Assembly (NCBI GenBank): GCA_963718615.1
Contig: OY970368.1
Coordinates: 4,800,001-4,864,000, forward strand
Length of the DNA: 64,000 nt
Source: an uncultured cyanobacterium
GTDB lineage: Bacteria > Cyanobacteriota > Cyanobacteriia > PCC-9006 > JAAUQQ01
Direction of reading: 5' to 3'
The notes under the pieces are model-generated. The model had not been told where the DNA came from. It ran no database searches and was given only the letters and a program-made list of their open reading frames with translations. This document shows positions 30,255-39,508 of this stretch, piece by piece. The position numbers were made by a program, and so were the translations under genes. Every line of letters begins with the position of its first letter. Positions within the stretch are counted from its first letter, which is position 1.

Positions 30255-31400
30255 ATGGATCGACCCCAGCATGGCGGTAATCGGCAGTGGGCGGCAGCGG
30301 TGGCAGGTTGTGCGCCGGAGGATCTATTGGATTTTTCGGCTAGCCTGAGTCCGTTGGGGCCGCCCACTGGTGCGATCGCCGCTATTCAAGCGGGTTTGGC
30401 TGAGCTTTCGGCCTATCCCCATCCGGATTATGGAATCCTCCGCAGTGCCATTGCTCGGTTTCATCAGGTCGATGCAGACTGGATTTTGCCGGGTAATGGG
30501 GCGGCGGAGTTATTAACCTGGGCGGGGCGGGATTTGGCGGGTTGTGGGCGGGTCTATCTGCCGACTCCAGCCTTTGGGGACTATGGGCGATCGCTCCAAG
30601 CCTTTCAAGCGCCAGTTCAGCCCTGGCCTTTGCCCATCCAGCAGTTATTCGCAGATGTAGGCACCACCGTTGCTCCAGGGGGCTTTAATTTGCCTGAACT
30701 GAGTCCAACGGATGGCATTTTAATTAATAATCCTCACAATCCGAGCGGCTATTTGTTCTCGGCTGAGCCTATCCTCAAACGATTGGCCTCCGGTGGGCTG
30801 GTGGTGGTGGATGAGGCGTTTATGGACTTTTTGCCGCCGGACCGGCAGCAGAGCGTGATTGATTGGGTTAGCGATTATCCCAATTTGGTTGTGGTGCGAT
30901 CGCTCACGAAGTTTTATGGTCTGGCCGGACTGAGATTAGGCTATGCCATTCTCCATCCAGACCGTCGTCAGCGCTGGCAAACCTGGCGGGATCCCTGGCC
31001 GGTCAACAGTTTAGCCGCAGCAGTTGGCGCAACTATTTTAGAGGATAGGGCCTTTCAGCAGCAGACTTGGGATTGGTTGGTGGGAGCCCGGCGATCGCTC
31101 TTTGAGGGGTTACGGGCGCTACCGGGTTTGGAGCCCTATCTGGGTGCGGCCAATTTTTTGTTGGTGCGATGTGTTCAGGAGTCCCATGGTGGTGAGTTGT
31201 CTGCCAGTGAGTTGTCTGCCAGTGAGTTGTCTGCCAGTGAGTTGCAGTTGCAGCTTCTGCGACACCATCGCATTTTGATTCGAGATTGCTTGAGTTTCCC
31301 GGAGCTGGGCGATCGCTACTTCCGAGTGGCGGTGCGGTTACCGGATGAAAATCAGCGACTTTTGCAGGGGCTCCAGGCAGCCTTGGAGGGGAGAGTTTGA
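30255..31400 (+). CDS. cobD: Threonine-phosphate decarboxylase
   Basis: HGGN, DFSAS, NPHNPSG, VDEAFMDF, RSLTKFYGLAGLRLG. Confidence 0.9.
   Translation: MDRPQHGGNRQWAAAVAGCAPEDLLDFSASLSPLGPPTGAIAAIQAGLAELSAYPHPDYGILRSAIARFHQVDADWILPGNGAAELLTWAGRDLAGCGRVYLPTPAFGDYGRSLQAFQAPVQPWPLPIQQLFADVGTTVAPGGFNLPELSPTDGILINNPHNPSGYLFSAEPILKRLASGGLVVVDEAFMDFLPPDRQQSVIDWVSDYPNLVVVRSLTKFYGLAGLRLGYAILHPDRRQRWQTWRDPWPVNSLAAAVGATILEDRAFQQQTWDWLVGARRSLFEGLRALPGLEPYLGAANFLLVRCVQESHGGELSASELSASELSASELQLQLLRHHRILIRDCLSFPELGDRYFRVAVRLPDENQRLLQGLQAALEGRV
31192..31244 (+). repeat. In-frame 15-bp tandem repeat GTGAGTTGTCTGCCA x3.5 in cobD (ELSAS repeats)
   Basis: Read directly. Confidence 0.92.
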
Positions 31401-32935
31401 CGCTCTACGACTATGACCTTGCGATCTTAGGGGCAACCCCTAGCGGTCGGGTTAGTGCGGCGCTGGCCGCTCGGCTGCGGGCCAGGGTGGCGTTGATCGG
31501 CATACCGGATAATCAGCTTCAGCGGACCTGGTTGGGGCTCCAGATTTTGCGAACTGAGCTGGAAGCTCGGTCCCATCTTCCCAGTGGGGCGACCCTACAG
31601 GCGGGAGCAGAGATTTTTACGACCCTGGGCCAGAGACTGGCGATCGCCACCCAAGGCTCCGGGGATTGGACCCTGCCCCAGGAATCCGAAACCGATTTGT
31701 CTTTGTTAGGGGTGGATGTCATTCCAGGGGTAGCTCAATGGGTGCAACCTGGGCGGGGACAATCTCGGTGGGGACAATCTCGGCAAAGCCTTGCTTTGGC
31801 GCTCCAGGTGAAGAGCTGGATTCCCTTGCCCCAGGATGGTATCCCCAGCCCCCTGCGTCAACTGACTGCCCGTCGCTATCTCCTCGCGCCCCAGAATCGG
31901 CCCCAAATACCGTCCCAAATATCATCCTTACCGGGTTTGAGTGAAGTTGAGACGCTGCTGACTTGGCCCCATTGGGAGTCTTTGCCTGACTCGCTGATTA
32001 TCCTGGGGAGTGATCCCTGGGGGCTAGCCCTGGCGCAGATCTTGGCCCGATTGGGCTGCTCAGTCACAGTGGTGACCCAGCGATCGCATCTGCTGCCCCA
32101 TTTTGACCCAGAGTTGTCTACGCTACTGGTGGGGTTACTCACTGCTGCGGGCGTGACGCTTCGATTAGGAGTTTGCTCCGTGCAATTAATGGCAGTACAA
32201 CCAGCGGAGCTCCAGGTGGATGGGCAAATCCTAGGGGCTGAGCGGTTGCTGGTGGCAACGGGCTGGCGATCGCACTGGGACGGACTCAATGGAGCAGAGA
32301 TGGGGCTGGCGGAGCTAGGTCTGGTCAAGGCAGAAACCTTGGTTCCTCACCACCTATCGGTCGATGCCCATCTGCGGACGGCTCACCGACAAATCTACGC
32401 CTGTGGAACGGCCTTAGGGGGAACGGGGTTGGATGGCATCGCCTACCACGAAGCCCAAGTCGCCACCCGCAATGCCCTCTGGGGAAACTGGTGGCAGCCT
32501 CAGTATGTCACACAACCCGAAGTCCTCTGGACGGTCCCAGGCGCGGTGCGGCTAGGGCTCACAGAGCCCCAGGCAAAAGCGTTGTATCCCCATCAAGTTC
32601 GGATCCTGCGAACCTATCCCAAGGACAATTTGCAGGCACATCTGATGGACGCTACCACGGGCCTCTGCAAGCTTGTTCTGAGCACGTCGGGTCAGCTGTT
32701 GGGGGCACATCTGATGGGAGCACAGGTTTTGGAATGGAGTGGGGCGATCGCCCTAGCCCTGCAAAAAAACGGTTCCATCCAGGATCTGGCACGCTTGCCT
32801 ATGCTCCATCCCAGTTTCAGTACCCTGATCCGAGAAGCCGCCGCCCAATACCGCTGGCAGCGCTTGGCAGAGCGTCCCCGCCGGGAGGATCTACTGGAAC
32901 GGTTTTTTAACTGGCGACGGACCGGAGGAATTTAA
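31397..32935 (+). CDS. Pyridine nucleotide-disulphide oxidoreductase-like protein with degenerate motifs
   Basis: YDYDLAILG, LLVATG, IYACG, LLGAHLMG, HPSFS; no CxxxxC. Confidence 0.8.
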   Translation: MTLYDYDLAILGATPSGRVSAALAARLRARVALIGIPDNQLQRTWLGLQILRTELEARSHLPSGATLQAGAEIFTTLGQRLAIATQGSGDWTLPQESETDLSLLGVDVIPGVAQWVQPGRGQSRWGQSRQSLALALQVKSWIPLPQDGIPSPLRQLTARRYLLAPQNRPQIPSQISSLPGLSEVETLLTWPHWESLPDSLIILGSDPWGLALAQILARLGCSVTVVTQRSHLLPHFDPELSTLLVGLLTAAGVTLRLGVCSVQLMAVQPAELQVDGQILGAERLLVATGWRSHWDGLNGAEMGLAELGLVKAETLVPHHLSVDAHLRTAHRQIYACGTALGGTGLDGIAYHEAQVATRNALWGNWWQPQYVTQPEVLWTVPGAVRLGLTEPQAKALYPHQVRILRTYPKDNLQAHLMDATTGLCKLVLSTSGQLLGAHLMGAQVLEWSGAIALALQKNGSIQDLARLPMLHPSFSTLIREAAAQYRWQRLAERPRREDLLERFFNWRRTGGI

Positions 32936-32998
32936 CCCTCCATCCTTTATCCTTAAGACTTCATCCTTACCCGCCTTAGCGCTGTTAACTTTTTTGCC

Positions 32999-33721
32999 AT
33001 GGACCGCTGCCGCGTCGAAGTCATCTCTCAAACCCCGAACCCGCAGCAAACGATCTACGCTGCCATGCACCAGGACTATAGCGAGAATTTTGTCGTGGAT
33101 GAGCGGGAGACCTGGCCCGATGAAGCCCAAGCGGGGGAGGTGGTGGTCAAGCATCTGTTGGCGGGAGAGCGGGGTCACTATGGCCCGCTGGAGCATCCGC
33201 AAATTGTCTTAAATTGCGGTTATTTTCCCCACAGCGTCATGCAGCAGGCTCGTACTCACCGTGTCGGAATCAGTTTTGATGTTCAATCTTCAAGGTATAC
33301 CGGGAAAAGGGTTGTAGAATCCGCTACCGGAGAGCGAGAGATCGAGGACATTTTTTATCTGCGGCCCGTGGGGGATTATCGCGATCGCCAGGGCAAGCGC
33401 TACCACTACTCCGCCGAGCAACGGCAACGGGATCTCGACTGGTGCATCGAAGCCGCTAAGCGCTATGCTGCTGACCTGGAAGCGGGCTGGTCTGAGGAAC
33501 ATGCGCGGGGCAAATTGCCATTTGATTATCGCCAGCATTTTGTCATGAGTTTGAATGTGCGATCGTTTATGCATTTCCTCGATCTGCGTAGCAAGAAAGA
33601 TGCTCAGTTGGAAATACAACGACTGTGCGATTTGATGTGGCCCCATTTTCAGGCTTGGGTTCCGGCGATCGCCCAATGGTACGCAGACACTCGCCTCCAC
33701 AAAGCCCGCCTTTCGCCCTAG
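32999..33721 (+). CDS. thyX: FAD-dependent thymidylate synthase
   Basis: GHYGPLEH, RTHRVGISFDVQSSRY, AQLEI. Confidence 0.96.
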   Translation: MDRCRVEVISQTPNPQQTIYAAMHQDYSENFVVDERETWPDEAQAGEVVVKHLLAGERGHYGPLEHPQIVLNCGYFPHSVMQQARTHRVGISFDVQSSRYTGKRVVESATGEREIEDIFYLRPVGDYRDRQGKRYHYSAEQRQRDLDWCIEAAKRYAADLEAGWSEEHARGKLPFDYRQHFVMSLNVRSFMHFLDLRSKKDAQLEIQRLCDLMWPHFQAWVPAIAQWYADTRLHKARLSP

Positions 33722-33746
33722 GAAACGTTCGACGATTGCGCTGGAA

Positions 33747-33890
33747 ATGCCGCCGCGTTTGGGAGTGGAGGTGGTGAGCCCTGGGGCGATCGCGCGGACG
33801 CGGGACTATGAGCGCAAGCGGGCGCAGTATGAGGCGATCGGCATCCCCGCATATTGGATTATTGATCCGGAGCAGCAGGCGGCGTTTTTT
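33747..33890 (+). pseudogene. Uma2 (DUF820) endonuclease fragment
   Basis: VEVVSPG..RDYERKRAQYEAIGIPAYWIIDP without the N-terminal half. Confidence 0.8.
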
Positions 33891-34185
33891 CTGAGCTGCG
33901 GGCTGGGGCTGATGGATCTTCATCGACCTGATGAAGAGGCGGGGCGGTTTGCCGGAACAAGCCTTATTTCTTCAGGTTTATTTTCCCAGGCCTACTGCAG
34001 GTGGGACAGCTGTTCGCGGAACCTAGACTTACCTGAACAATGGCAAACTGGACACAATCTTTTATTGTAAAGGGACTCGCTTAACAACACAAACCCTAAC
34101 AATAGCAGCCCGAAAAACGTACCACTTAAACTCAGCGACTAAAGCCAGAAATGGACTGAACAAAAAACTAGATACCGCTAGCGGA

Positions 34186-34280
34186 GTCTAACGGGTTGCT
34201 ATAACGGGCACAAGCACAAGTTTAAAATGCCCAACCACCTGGGTGATTTGAACGTCCCCATGCGTATGGCAAAGTTGGGT
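34186..34280 (-). other. Degenerate attC-like site
   Basis: Minus strand ACCCAAC (R'')..TTGCCATA...TATAGCAA..GTTAGAC (R'). Confidence 0.4.
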
Positions 34281-34305
34281 AAAAGAGTAATGCTTTCAGC
34301 ACAAA

Positions 34306-34344
34306 AGGATATAATAAACGTCCTAAGGACGTTTATTATATCCT
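34306..34344. repeat. Perfect inverted repeat, 19-bp arms, 1-bp centre
   Basis: AGGATATAATAAACGTCCT-A-AGGACGTTTATTATATCCT. Confidence 0.97.
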
Positions 34345-34395
34345 CAATCATCAAGGCAGTCAACTACCATACGGGCGTCTGACAACCCTCCCCTC

Positions 34396-34424
34396 TTGAC
34401 AAAGTATTTGATTATTGCTAGGAT
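34396..34424 (+). promoter_or_regulatory. Sigma70-type promoter of the AbiE module
   Basis: TTGACA-17 bp-TAGGAT; the -10 lies within the second palindrome. Confidence 0.75.
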
Positions 34425-34457
34425 GAATGTCCTAAGGACATTCATCCTAGCAATAAT
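34411..34457. repeat. Perfect inverted repeat, 23-bp arms, 1-bp centre
   Basis: ATTATTGCTAGGATGAATGTCCT-A-AGGACATTCATCCTAGCAATAAT. Confidence 0.97.
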
Positions 34458-34491
34458 ATTTATAGTTGTGCCTTTTTGACTGTCAGCTATT

Positions 34492-35379
34492 ATGCAAGCC
34501 GTAAAAGCAATCACATTATCACTAGGCAATTTAGATCAGCCCGTCATCTCTAAGTATCGGTTTGGATTAACCGTAAACAAAATATACCGAAGCAAGGTTT
34601 ATGGTGGTGAAACTGTAAATCTCCACAAGGACTTTGCAGAAAAAGCAGACATTTCTAAATACTTGAATTTACTACTAGATGAAGGAATTTTGTTTCCTCA
34701 TAAGAATCTCTCTAGTATTTTTACTCTTCTTGGTCGATCTGATGGCGATCCTGAGGATATAGCCTGTACAGTTGACCCTTTTTGCTATATTTCTCATTTA
34801 AGCGCTATGTCATATCATGGTTTAACAGATCGAATACCAGGAAAACTATTTATATCTTCCCCTCCAGATTATACTTGGCGTTCTTTTGCAAAAGAGAAAA
34901 TGCAGAAAGATCTTGGCGATGATTTTGAAAGTTATTGTGAGCATGGACTGCCAAAACTTGTTCGAATAAACATGAATAAGATTAATAGGACAGATATTCA
35001 TTGTCTGAGTTCTAAACATTTGGGAGCATATAAGAATGTTAAGGGAAGACCTCTTAGAGTTTCGACAATAGGAAGAACATTTCTTGACATGTTAAGAAAG
35101 CCTGAGCTATGTGGAGGTATCAACCATGTATTGCATGTATTTGACGAGTATGGAGAGAAATATCTCAGATTGATTACTGACGACATTGATAAAAACGGAA
35201 AACCTATCGATAAGGTTAGGGCTGGATATATTCTGAATGAGCGTTTAGGTATTACTAATGAGGTTATTGAAGGTTGGTCTTCAATTGCACAAAGGGGCGG
35301 CTCGAGAAAGCTTGATCCAAGTTCAGAATACATTCCCGAATGGTCAGACAAATGGAAAATTTCTTTGAACGTTTTTTAG
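34492..35379 (+). CDS. AbiEi-type antitoxin / transcriptional regulator (type IV TA)
   Basis: YISHLSAMSYHGLTDRIP and RVSTIGRTFLDMLRKPELCGG motifs; low GC; upstream of the nucleotidyltransferase. Confidence 0.85.
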   Translation: MQAVKAITLSLGNLDQPVISKYRFGLTVNKIYRSKVYGGETVNLHKDFAEKADISKYLNLLLDEGILFPHKNLSSIFTLLGRSDGDPEDIACTVDPFCYISHLSAMSYHGLTDRIPGKLFISSPPDYTWRSFAKEKMQKDLGDDFESYCEHGLPKLVRINMNKINRTDIHCLSSKHLGAYKNVKGRPLRVSTIGRTFLDMLRKPELCGGINHVLHVFDEYGEKYLRLITDDIDKNGKPIDKVRAGYILNERLGITNEVIEGWSSIAQRGGSRKLDPSSEYIPEWSDKWKISLNVF

Positions 35380-35388
35380 GGATAGTAA

Positions 35389-36258
35389 TTGATGAGTAAA
35401 ATTGATGAATGTGATATCAATGACTGGGTTAAATGTGCACCAACTGAAGACAACAGAAAGTTTCGTGAGGCTGTACATACTATCTTGTTGGCAATTGCTT
35501 CAGATGTAACATTGAAGACAAGCATGATTTTGAAAGGTGGTATTCTTTTGGCTATCCGATATAACAGTCATCGCTATACAAAAGATATAGATTTCTCTAC
35601 TGATAAAAAGCTTGGTGGTGAGATTACTAAAGATAGTATCCGTGCATTATTGGATAGTAGCCTAGCACTGATGGTTGAAAAATTTGATTATGATTTAGAT
35701 TGTCGTGTGCAAAGTATTGAGTTACAGCCAAGAGATCCTAACTCTACATATCCATCGATGAAAATCAAAGTAGGATATGCATATAAAGGTACGTCTCAAC
35801 ACAAGCGATTATTATCTCTGCGATCATCAGATATCGTATCAATTGATTATAGTTTGAATGAAGAAACTCCTAATGTTGAAGATTTCAAACTGGATCTTAA
35901 AGAAGAAATTTTGATTTATTCATTAACAGACTTGATTGCCGAAAAGTATCGCTCATTACTACAGCAGGTTTCAAGAAATAGAAAGCGTAGACAAGATGTT
36001 TATGACTTATATTTGCTTATAGAGAATTTAAAGGATATTGATGACATTGAAAAATCCAAAGTTTTAGATTCCTTGATTAGTAAGTCGGAAGCTAGAAAAA
36101 TTTTTCCAGATATAAATTCATTTGACGACCCAGAACTAAAATCTAGAGCTCAAGAAGACTACCCAACACTTAGAGATGAAATAGAGGGTGAGCTTCCAGA
36201 CTTCAATGAACTATTTCACAAAGTTGCTGATTTCTATAAGTTATTGCCATGGTTATAG
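35389..36258 (+). CDS. AbiEii/AbiGii-family nucleotidyltransferase toxin
   Basis: LKGG..RYTKDIDF, IAEKYRSL, RRQDVYDL. Confidence 0.9.
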   Translation: MMSKIDECDINDWVKCAPTEDNRKFREAVHTILLAIASDVTLKTSMILKGGILLAIRYNSHRYTKDIDFSTDKKLGGEITKDSIRALLDSSLALMVEKFDYDLDCRVQSIELQPRDPNSTYPSMKIKVGYAYKGTSQHKRLLSLRSSDIVSIDYSLNEETPNVEDFKLDLKEEILIYSLTDLIAEKYRSLLQQVSRNRKRRQDVYDLYLLIENLKDIDDIEKSKVLDSLISKSEARKIFPDINSFDDPELKSRAQEDYPTLRDEIEGELPDFNELFHKVADFYKLLPWL

Positions 36259-36369
36259 CCATATTAGATAATTGAAGGGTAATTATTTGTTGATATTACT
36301 CATAATTTGAGTCAATAGATTCTGGCTTGGAAATGAAGTTAGATAAGTATAATCTCCTGAACAGGAGAC

Positions 36370-36453
36370 ACCTAACGACCAAGTTGAGCGGCAATTGGAA
36401 AATTGTAACCGAAGTAAAAAGATTTCGTATGCCGCTCCAACGACTTTATGGGG
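36370..36453 (-). other. attC-like integron recombination site with damaged R''
   Basis: Minus strand GTTGGAGCGGC...GCCGCTCAAC arms with one unpaired extra base in the first arm, ending TTGGTC-GTTAGGT (GTTRRRY). Confidence 0.7.
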
Positions 36454-36538
36454 AGATGAGAACCTAAAAAGACAAGGAGACGACCATGCATCGCGCGACA
36501 GCAAGCATGTCTATAACATATGTTAGACAGTCAGTATC

Positions 36539-37024
36539 TCAGCCACAGCGCGCCGCCTCGATCATGGCGATGTCAATCTTTCGCATCGTCATCATCGCAT
36601 TGAACGCGCGCTTGGCGACAGCAGGGTCGGGATCGGCGATCGCTTCTGTCAGTGCCAGCGGCGTGATCTGCCACGACAATCCCCACTTGTCTTTGCACCA
36701 GCCGCAGGCACTCTCTTGTCCGCCATTGCCGACGATCGCGTTCCAATAGTGATCCGTTTCGGACTGGTCAGCGGTTGCGACCTGAAACGAGAATGCTTCG
36801 TTGTGCTTGAACGCAGTTCCTCCGTTGAGACCGAGGCACGGAATACCCATTACGGTGAACAAGACGGTCAACACATCTCCTTCCTTCCCGGACGGAAAGT
36901 CCCCCGGCGCGCGTTGCACAGCATCAACGGAAGAATCTGGAAAGGTAGCGGCGTAAAACCGTGCCGCGTCCTCGGCGCTCCCGTCATACCAAAGGCAAAC
37001 CCTGTTCTTTTCTGTCTTTGTCAA
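36539..37024 (-). CDS. PhnB-like VOC protein (3-demethylubiquinone-9 3-methyltransferase domain family)
   Basis: CLWYD, LNGG, CGWCKDKWGLSWQI, MRKIDIA. Confidence 0.92.
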   Translation of the reverse strand: MTKTEKNRVCLWYDGSAEDAARFYAATFPDSSVDAVQRAPGDFPSGKEGDVLTVLFTVMGIPCLGLNGGTAFKHNEAFSFQVATADQSETDHYWNAIVGNGGQESACGWCKDKWGLSWQITPLALTEAIADPDPAVAKRAFNAMMTMRKIDIAMIEAARCG

Positions 37025-37137
37025 GTTGCTTCTCCATTGAGCTTAGAATTAATGATTCCAGAGACTTGGGTGCGTCGTGCTGGTTAACATCTGCTCTAAC
37101 CCAGCACGAAATGATTTTCTTAAATTCGCCTTTCAAG

Positions 37138-37518
37138 CTATTTCATTGAGTACAAGCCAAACATGTTGCCTTCAGAATCTATAGCCAGAGCAATAAAGCC
37201 ATATTCGCCAATAGACCTTTTAGGCTTTTGGATTTGTCCTCCCGCTGCTTCAACTTTAGATGCTTCGATGGCACAATCTTCACATGAGAAATAAATCAAA
37301 GTACTACTTCCACCAGCTTTAACGCCCTCCATTTTGACAAGAGCACCGCTAGCACCATACTTCTCCATATCCGACGGAAATGACAACATTTCGATGCTGG
37401 TATCATTGGGGTCACCCAATACATCCAAATTCACACTCAGCACGGATTCATAAAACTGCTTGGCCCTAGCTAAATCATCTACATAGATTTCAAACCAAGC
37501 TACAGGATTATTTGCCAT
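37138..37518 (-). CDS. VOC/glyoxalase family protein
   Basis: NPVAWFEIYVDD, FYESV, DSEGNMFGL; RBS GAGGAG before ATG 37518. Confidence 0.9.
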   Translation of the reverse strand: MANNPVAWFEIYVDDLARAKQFYESVLSVNLDVLGDPNDTSIEMLSFPSDMEKYGASGALVKMEGVKAGGSSTLIYFSCEDCAIEASKVEAAGGQIQKPKRSIGEYGFIALAIDSEGNMFGLYSMK

Positions 37519-37536
37519 GAGATTTCTCCTCAATAA

Positions 37537-37855
37537 TTATTCGTTAGCTGCTTCTTGCTTCAACATGCTTTTGAAGTTATTTAGAATTCCAAGCCAACCT
37601 TGCCTTTGCTGTTCCGCAGAATTCTCATCCTCTGCCTCACAGGCTTCAATTCCCCTTATAGTTAAACCCGATTGAGCCGTCTTTAGCTTTCATCCAATAG
37701 TTGAATTTACCGCCCACTTCTAGATTAATTTCTGCCGATGGGCAACACCAATCTTCAATAGCAAAATTCCAACTGGTAATATCATCTGGTGTTATCCATG
37801 CATCCCAGACTTCACTTAAAGGCGCTGCTACTTCTGTTTCAATTGTAATTTTCAT
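37537..37855 (-). pseudogene. SRPBCC/AHSA1 family gene with internal deletion and frameshift
   Basis: MKITIET..VWDAW..WNFA..GGKFNY stops at 37646; C-terminal EAEDENSAEQQRQGW..ILNNFK follows in another frame. Confidence 0.85.
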
Positions 37856-37950
37856 GTATGACCTTACTTCTGAGTTTGAGGCAGCTAACTTTTGCGAGGC
37901 TAGCAGCACGGTTGACTGAGTATATAGAATACTGCGTTCGCTCAACTCTC

Positions 37951-38307
37951 TTATTCATCTACAACCATTTGAAAACTACCGAAGATCAGGCGGCTTCCGT
38001 CGAAAGGCATTGGATTACTCTCGTCATTTATGCGAGAGTCCTTCATGACTTTTTCCATGCCAGAGTCTCTCGCCTCTCGTGAGGGCCATGATATCCAAGA
38101 AAAGACAACGGTTTCATCGCCTTTACACTGTACTGCCATCGGGAATGATGTTTTCTCTCCAGGTGGGACATCATCTCCCCAACATTCCACCAGCCGAGTT
38201 GCTCCATGCTCTTTGAATACTGCCGCAGCTTCACGGGCATGCTGGATGTAAGTTTCCTTGTTTATTGTCGGTACCGCAACTACAAAGCCTTCGATGTATT
38301 CCATCAC
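37951..38307 (-). CDS. DUF1428 family protein
   Basis: YIEGFVVAVP, VECWGDDVP, MPFDGSRLIFG. Confidence 0.92.
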   Translation of the reverse strand: MMEYIEGFVVAVPTINKETYIQHAREAAAVFKEHGATRLVECWGDDVPPGEKTSFPMAVQCKGDETVVFSWISWPSREARDSGMEKVMKDSRINDESNPMPFDGSRLIFGSFQMVVDE

Positions 38308-38504
38308 CGCCTCCTAAAAGATATGATTTGGCTTGACGTCTAATTTCCTTGGAGCTGACAGCACGGAGAGCCCGCCTAAGCAACGCATAGAGCGCCCAAG
38401 CAGCTATACATGCCGAGATTCAATACAGAACAATAGTACTATGAAATTAAAAATCTGCCTACCCAACCATCTGTAAAGATTTGCAAAAGAAGGGTACAAG
38501 CTTT

Positions 38505-38630
38505 TCAGGAGTTGGAATTTTGATCTTCCCCCGATACCTCAAACGAGCCTGAAAGTTCTGGAAGCGCCAACAACGCCTCCGTTGCCGCTAGTGTATCTGG
38601 ACCTGAAATCGCAATTTGAATATTATTCAC
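38505..38630 (-). pseudogene. Truncated 5' fragment of a cyanobacterial hypothetical gene
   Basis: GAGGAG RBS, GTG start, NNIQIAISGPDTLAATEALLALPELSG then an early stop. Confidence 0.4.
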
Positions 38631-38715
38631 AACCCATCTCCTCATTTAATCAATCGCCTTTCATCATAATTGTCTCTCCCCGACAATCAGACAGATCAGG
38701 CTGTCGCGCGATCGC

Positions 38716-38860
38716 GAAGATGGCGTCTTCGAGGTCTTTTTCGAGGTAGCGATCGTTTAAATCGAGAAAATCCAGGATGTAGGGATTTTTGAGCAGAATG
38801 TTGGGGGTGGGTTGTTGGGTTTGGCGGAGTGGGTTGAGGTCATGTAGGTTTTGGGTGACG
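38716..38860 (-). pseudogene. YhcG (DUF1016) PD-(D/E)XK family fragment
   Basis: LKNPYILDFLDLNDRYLEKDLEDAI motif only. Confidence 0.75.
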
Positions 38861-38866
38861 GGAAGT

Positions 38867-39394
38867 TTAACGGTGTTGCTGGGCGAAGTGGTCTTGGAGT
38901 TCGCGGTGGATGAAGCGGTAGCGACCGCCGATGCGTTGGAGGAGGCGGCGTTCGGTACAGTAATTGAAAAATCTCTCAAGTTGCCAAGGTGCTTTTCTAG
39001 TTGCAAGTAGCACGATCCTCAACGCTAGATGCTTCATCAATGACAAACAGATTAAGTTTGCAAGAACAAATCCAAGCAGACAGATTAAAAACGTTTTGAA
39101 GGAAGCATCAACAATAACTGTTTGACAGTAAAAAAAAGGAAAAAACCAAGCTAGACATGCTGCTGCCTTCAACTTTTCTTCTCGGCCTCTGGTATATCCA
39201 ACATATGGACTAAGTTCTGACGTCCAAACGCTCAACACTGTCGCAAGGGAAAAAACAAACAAGAACAGCACTAGGAAAAACCAGAAAAATGGAAGAAGCG
39301 GTAGCCAAAAAATCACCTTTCCTGTCGTATTTAGACTCTCAAAAATATACAATTGCAGATATTCCTCACAAGAGACATAGAAAAAGCGTAATGC
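38867..39394 (-). pseudogene. C-terminal part of the IS-interrupted NACHT membrane protein
   Basis: TM segments plus HLALRIVL..APW..F..Y..ERRLLQRIGGRYRFIH..LQDHF, the tail typical of cyanobacterial TM-NACHT proteins. Confidence 0.88.
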
Positions 39395-39508
39395 CAATAA
39401 CAATACTCCGGACAGTTTTTGGGCTCCCGGCGAGGAAAGCTACCCATCATATAGAGTGTATTCACAACCAAGCAAATAAACAGATGGATAGCCTTAAAGA
39501 GATCCTAA

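Noticed and set aside
34306-34457. Protelomerase target or terminator
   Set aside because: No protelomerase gene nearby, no U-tract, and overlap with a promoter fits operators better
38650-39006. 118-aa ORF as a real gene
   Set aside because: Chimera of an alternative frame of the NACHT tail and a YhcG fragment
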